Below are positions 50,062-64,000 of a DNA stretch of 64,000 nucleotides, in pieces. The stretch's first letter is position 1. The number at the start of each line of letters is the position of its first letter. The position numbers and the translations under genes are program-made. This stretch comes from the human T2T-CHM13v2.0 reference genome, Homo sapiens, in NCBI RefSeq assembly GCF_009914755.1, contig NC_060947.1; one strand, written 5' to 3'. The notes beneath the pieces are model-generated. The model was given only the letters and a program-made list of their open reading frames with translations. It was not told where the DNA came from and did no database searches.

Positions 50062-51223
50062 TATACATACATGTGTATATGTATACGTACACATATATGT
50101 GTATATGTATACGTACACATATATGTGTATATGTATACGTACACATATATGTGTATATGTATACGTACACATATATGTGTATATGTATACGTACACATAT
50201 ATGTGTATATGTATACGTACACATATATGTGTATATGTATACGTACACATATATGTGTATATGTATACGTACACATATATGTGTATATGTATACGTACAC
50301 ATATATGTGTATATGTATACGTACACATATATGTGTATATGTATACGTACACATATATGTGTATATGTATACGTACACATATATGTGTATATGCATACGT
50401 ATACGTATGTGTATATGCATACGTATGTGTATATGTATATGTGTATGCACACATATATGTGTATATGTGTATGCACACATATATGTGTATATGTGTATGC
50501 ACACATATATGTGTATATGTGTATGCACACATATATGTGTATATGTGTATGCACACATATATGTGTATATGTGTTTGTATACATATATGTGTATGTGTAT
50601 GTATACATATATGTGTATATGTGTGTATATGTGTATGTATACATATGTGTATGTGTATGTATATATGTATATGTATACATATATGTGTGTATGTATGTGT
50701 ATATGTATACATACATGTGTGTATGTATATGTTTATGTATACATACATGTGTGTATGTATATGTTTATGTATACATACATGTGCGCATGTATATATGTAT
50801 ATGTATACATACATGTGCGTATGTATATATGTATATGTATACATACATGTGCGTATGTATATATGTATATGTATACATACATGTGCGTATGTATATATGT
50901 ATATGTATACATACATGTGCGTATGTATATGTATACATACATGTGCGTATGTATATGTATACATACATGTGCGTATGTATATGTATACATACATGTGCGT
51001 ATGTATATGTACATATATGTGCGTATGTATATGTACATATATGTGCGTATGTATATGTACATATATGTGCGTATGTATATGTATACATATGTGCGTATGT
51101 GTATGTATACATATATGTGTGTATGTGTATGTATACATATATGTGTGTATGTGTATGTATACATATATGTGTGTATGTGTATGTATACATATATGTGTGT
51201 ATGTATATATGTATACATATATA
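50062..51223. repeat. TA/TG/CA-rich minisatellite (VNTR) with 26-34 bp units
   Basis: 12 perfect copies of ATGTGTATATGTATACGTACACATAT (50071-50382) followed by variant unit blocks. Confidence 0.97.
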
Positions 51224-51561
51224 TTTGAATTTCTTTTTACCTTTTTAAAAGGGAAGTTGTTTAAATAAACTAAGGTTCAAACATATAACTTTAATATTAA
51301 CAAAGACAAAATCAACTATAATTTTGCATGCCTTCGTGATAATTGAAAGGAATGAAAATTTAAATTAGAGGTTAGTGAAAATAAGTATTTTTTTTTCCCT
51401 GTTATGTTTATAGACTCCTTAAATCTACTCAGAGACTCCTCTGGAAACTGAGAAGTCCATGGATCTTAGATTAGGAACTCCTAACTTGAGCAAAACAAAA
51501 AAGGCTTGGGAGTTTCCAGAATAGACTGGAATTGAAATGTCCATGGGTACGGCCAACTTAA

Positions 51562-54223
<2,662 letters not shown>

Positions 54224-54446
54224 TAGATGTAAAGTTAATCTATAATTTTCTTGTTCCTCATAAAATACATTAAATAGCTCTCTCTTTCTATTATCTGATA
54301 TAGCTTGCATAAATGAATCTCAAGGATTTCATAAAACTCACCTGTAAAACTATCTTAACCTGGGACTTTGATGATTTATGATTTATTACCAATTAAATTT
54401 CTCTCCATGGTTAGTAGTCAGTCTCCTCACATCTTCTATTTCTTCT

Positions 54447-54491
54447 GTTTTTTTTTTTTTGAAACGGGGCTCCCTCTGTCACCCAGCCTAG
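54447..54491 (-). mobile_element. Extremely 5'-truncated Alu
   Basis: Poly-T plus about 30 nt of Alu 3' end; TSD tctatttcttct. Confidence 0.8.
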
Positions 54492-54749
54492 TCTATTTCT
54501 TCTTGGATCAACTTTGGAGATACATATATATATATTTAATATGTTAATTAAACATATGTATTTAATTACCCATTTATATGTTCTTTATTGGCACAAATTT
54601 GTTAACAGTGTTATCTATTATTTCTGAATTTCTACATTAATTTAATAATAATTGCTTTCTATTCCTAATTTTGTTTTACTCATTTTTTTCTTGATCAGTC
54701 TTGCTAGAGATTTATCTTCGTAAATTTGTGAAGAAAATTTTCCGTAAGT

Positions 54750-55320
54750 ATTTTGCATAAAAAATGTTGTCTGTTTTTTCCCAGGAATTTATTTTGTTAT
54801 TTGTAGTATCTATATTGAGATTTTCTCATTTAAAAAGTAATACTTGCTCAGTATTTTAAGATTTTAAGAGTAACTGTTGAATGTAGCAAGTGACCTATTT
54901 GCTTATTTATCATTAGCTTTAAAAGTATGATCTTATAATACATACTGTCTTACACCTTGCTATTATCTTGTATGATATTTCCTTTTTCAAATAAAGATAT
55001 TTTACTTACAGCCAGGAAGTTATTAGCCTTACTAATAGTAATTTAAACCTGAACTAAATTAACTAATCTGCTAACTTGTTATTTTGGCTACAGACATTAA
55101 CCTTTGACCTGCAATATACATCACATTTAAGATGAATCTTACAATGCATGTAAACATTTAACTCTGCTGTTTTAATTTACAGGGATGAATAATAGAAGAC
55201 TTTCTTTTTCTTGGATTAGCTTAATAACAGCTCACATTTCATCCTTCAGTATGTTGGTTTTGAATGTAATCCTTTTTGTTTTTAATGTAGCTACGTTTTT
55301 TCATCTTAAAAATATTTATA
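54750..55320. promoter_or_regulatory. Candidate enhancer with DR1 nuclear-receptor site
   Basis: TAACCTTTGACCT 55098-55110 (AGGTCAAAGGTTA on minus), TGTAAACA 55149, TTGCATAA 54753; motif evidence only. Confidence 0.3.
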
Positions 55321-55323
55321 TTT

Positions 55324-55628
55324 AGCCAGGCGCAGTGGCTCACACCTGTAATCCCAGCATTTTGGGAGGCCAAGGCTAGGGGATCACCTGAGGTCAGGAG
55401 TTCGAGACCAGGCTGGCCAACATGGTAAAACCCCATCTCTACTAAAACATACAAAAAATTAGCCGGACGTGCCAGTGTATGCCTGTAATGCCAGCTACTC
55501 GGGAGGCTGAGGCAGGAGAATCACTTGAACCCGGGAGACCGGGAGACAGAGGTTGGAGTGAGCCGAGGTTTCACCATTACCCTCCAGCCTGGGTGACAGA
55601 GCAAGACTCCACCTCAAAAAAAAAAAAA
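55324..55628 (+). mobile_element. Alu (AluS)
   Basis: Dimer. Confidence 0.95.
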
Positions 55629-55889
55629 TTGCATTTCTCTTTTCCGGTTTGAAAGCCCTTATATAAGCTCCATGAACATCTGTCCTAGCTCTTCCAGAAC
55701 AAGGACCTCAGGTCTTTCTGTTTATGAATCTCCAGCCTCCAGCACAATGCCTGGATCATTACAGATGATGACATTATTGATAGCCACCATCCATTGAAAG
55801 CTTATTGTATTCTAGGAACTGTGCCAACCGTTTTGCATGCATTATGACAATTTGATGAAAAATTTATTTTAAAAAATCAGGCTCTTTTA

Positions 55890-59530
<3,641 letters not shown>

Positions 59531-59791
59531 TAAAGATATTTTTATGTGTGCCCTGCTTACCCTCAATGTTAACTGAAATTGACTACAAATAAGCAGTTGA
59601 TATGCTAGGATTGTCTACAAGGTAATTTGTAAAACATCTTCATGGCCAGAGGGGAAAAAAAATCTAATCGGATCTCATAATCAGAACATCAAAAATCAGT
59701 GCATGAGTTATGAAATGCATTTCCCCTGGCCTCACAGAAGTTCCTGTAACAGTGGTTGAAGCCACAGGAGTTGTGCTCAGAATAAAGCCCT

Positions 59792-60236
59792 GGCCAGGTG
59801 CGGTGGCTCATGCCTATAATCCCAGCACCCTGAGAGGCCGAGGCCACAGGGTCACTTGAGGCCAAGAGTTTGCGACCAGCCTGGGCAACATAGTAAGACC
59901 TCATCTCGATTAATTAAAAAAATTTTTTTTAATTAAAAAAGAAGAAAGCACTGCAAAGAAAACACATTACAGCTTGCATCCTTTGGGATCAGTCAACAAA
60001 AGACAAGGATGAGTAGTCAGGACATTATTACAGACTTCAGTGTTACCATTTTCAATAGAATTTCTGATGCCAAGTGCCAACCTTGGCTGCGTCCTGAGAT
60101 TATGCAATTCATGCCCAATCTTAGGGCATGTGCCCCTAATCCCAACACTGTGGAAGGCCAAGGTAGGAGGATCGCTTGAGGCCAGGAGTTTGAGATCAGC
60201 CTGGGCAACAAAGCAAGACCCTGTCTCTACAAAAAA
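59792..60236 (+). mobile_element. Two Alu left monomers (59792-59908, 60125-60236)
   Basis: Single arms. Confidence 0.8.
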
Positions 60237-60537
60237 TGGGACATTAGCAAATGTCTTGCAAAATGGCAGATGGGGAGAGAGTGGAGAAAGGCCAACAGCT
60301 GACAAGTATTTGATTGTTGGCTTGGATAGACAGTAGACCAAGGTGAGTAAAAATGCATTAGTCAGATGGCAGCACTCCCACCTGACCTCCTTGAACCACC
60401 GTTTTCCCACAAGACCGAAGGCTTCTGATGTTGTGAAAGAGGCAAAGTGTCCAGAAGCCAATGGAATTCAATAGAGGTGTTAACTTTATGATATTAGCAA
60501 GGCATTAAGATAGCTTATGAACTCAAGGTTAGCAGTA

Positions 60538-62095
<1,558 letters not shown>

Positions 62096-62157
62096 AAACC
62101 GAAGTTAGCAGTCAAATGATGCACTTTGAAATCTATTCAGGACTGTAGAGTGATTAA

Positions 62158-63945
<1,788 letters not shown>

Positions 63946-64000
63946 ATACCAAACCTCTCTGAATATCATCCCAAAGTTCCATGCTTATAATTTACGATAA

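Noticed and set aside
50071-50382. Twelve identical 26-bp repeats as a CRISPR-like array
   Set aside because: Head-to-tail with no spacers, no cas genes, primate context; it is a minisatellite.
49644-51268. Long ORFs (534, 389, 385, 363, 250 aa) rich in Y/V/C/M/H/I/T
   Set aside because: Translations of microsatellite, Alu and the R/Y-alternating VNTR, which almost never forms stop codons; open in several frames on both strands.
59910-59936. AT-only palindrome ttaattaaaaaaattttttttaattaa
   Set aside because: Low-complexity derivative of an Alu tail; expected by slippage.

Overview
Primate genomic DNA, very probably human because it contains an AluYg6. I see no recognisable protein-coding gene, CpG island or intact RNA gene, so it reads as intergenic or deep-intronic sequence. 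By eye about half the window is Alu (roughly 100 copies or fragments), layered on older repeats: L1M/L2/MIR fragments, ERV1 LTRs (MER4-group, MER39-like, MER41A, LTR8, LTR10-like), ERVL (MLT2A, HERVL-int/MLT2B), two whole MaLR proviruses with intact 5-bp TSDs (THE1D, MLT1F/G-like), and DNA transposons (full-length Tigger1, Tigger3a, MER58, MER63). Nearly all ORFs in the track, including every long one, derive from repeats. The most notable observations are: a ~590-bp inverted copy of 3920-4500 inserted inside an Alu at ~7030-7618; a tailless 5'-half tRNA-Tyr retrocopy with a 14-bp TSD (57031-57077); a sequence-identical tandem duplication inside an Alu (45920-46249); a young AluYg6; a 1.16-kb purine/pyrimidine-alternating VNTR; repeated reuse of the same insertion sites; two repeat-free motif-rich islands; and a few candidate non-coding exons. 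I do not see evidence for a new multi-gene system. Repeat family names come from recalled consensus sequences, and repeat boundaries are approximate (about +/-10 bp) unless a TSD is quoted.
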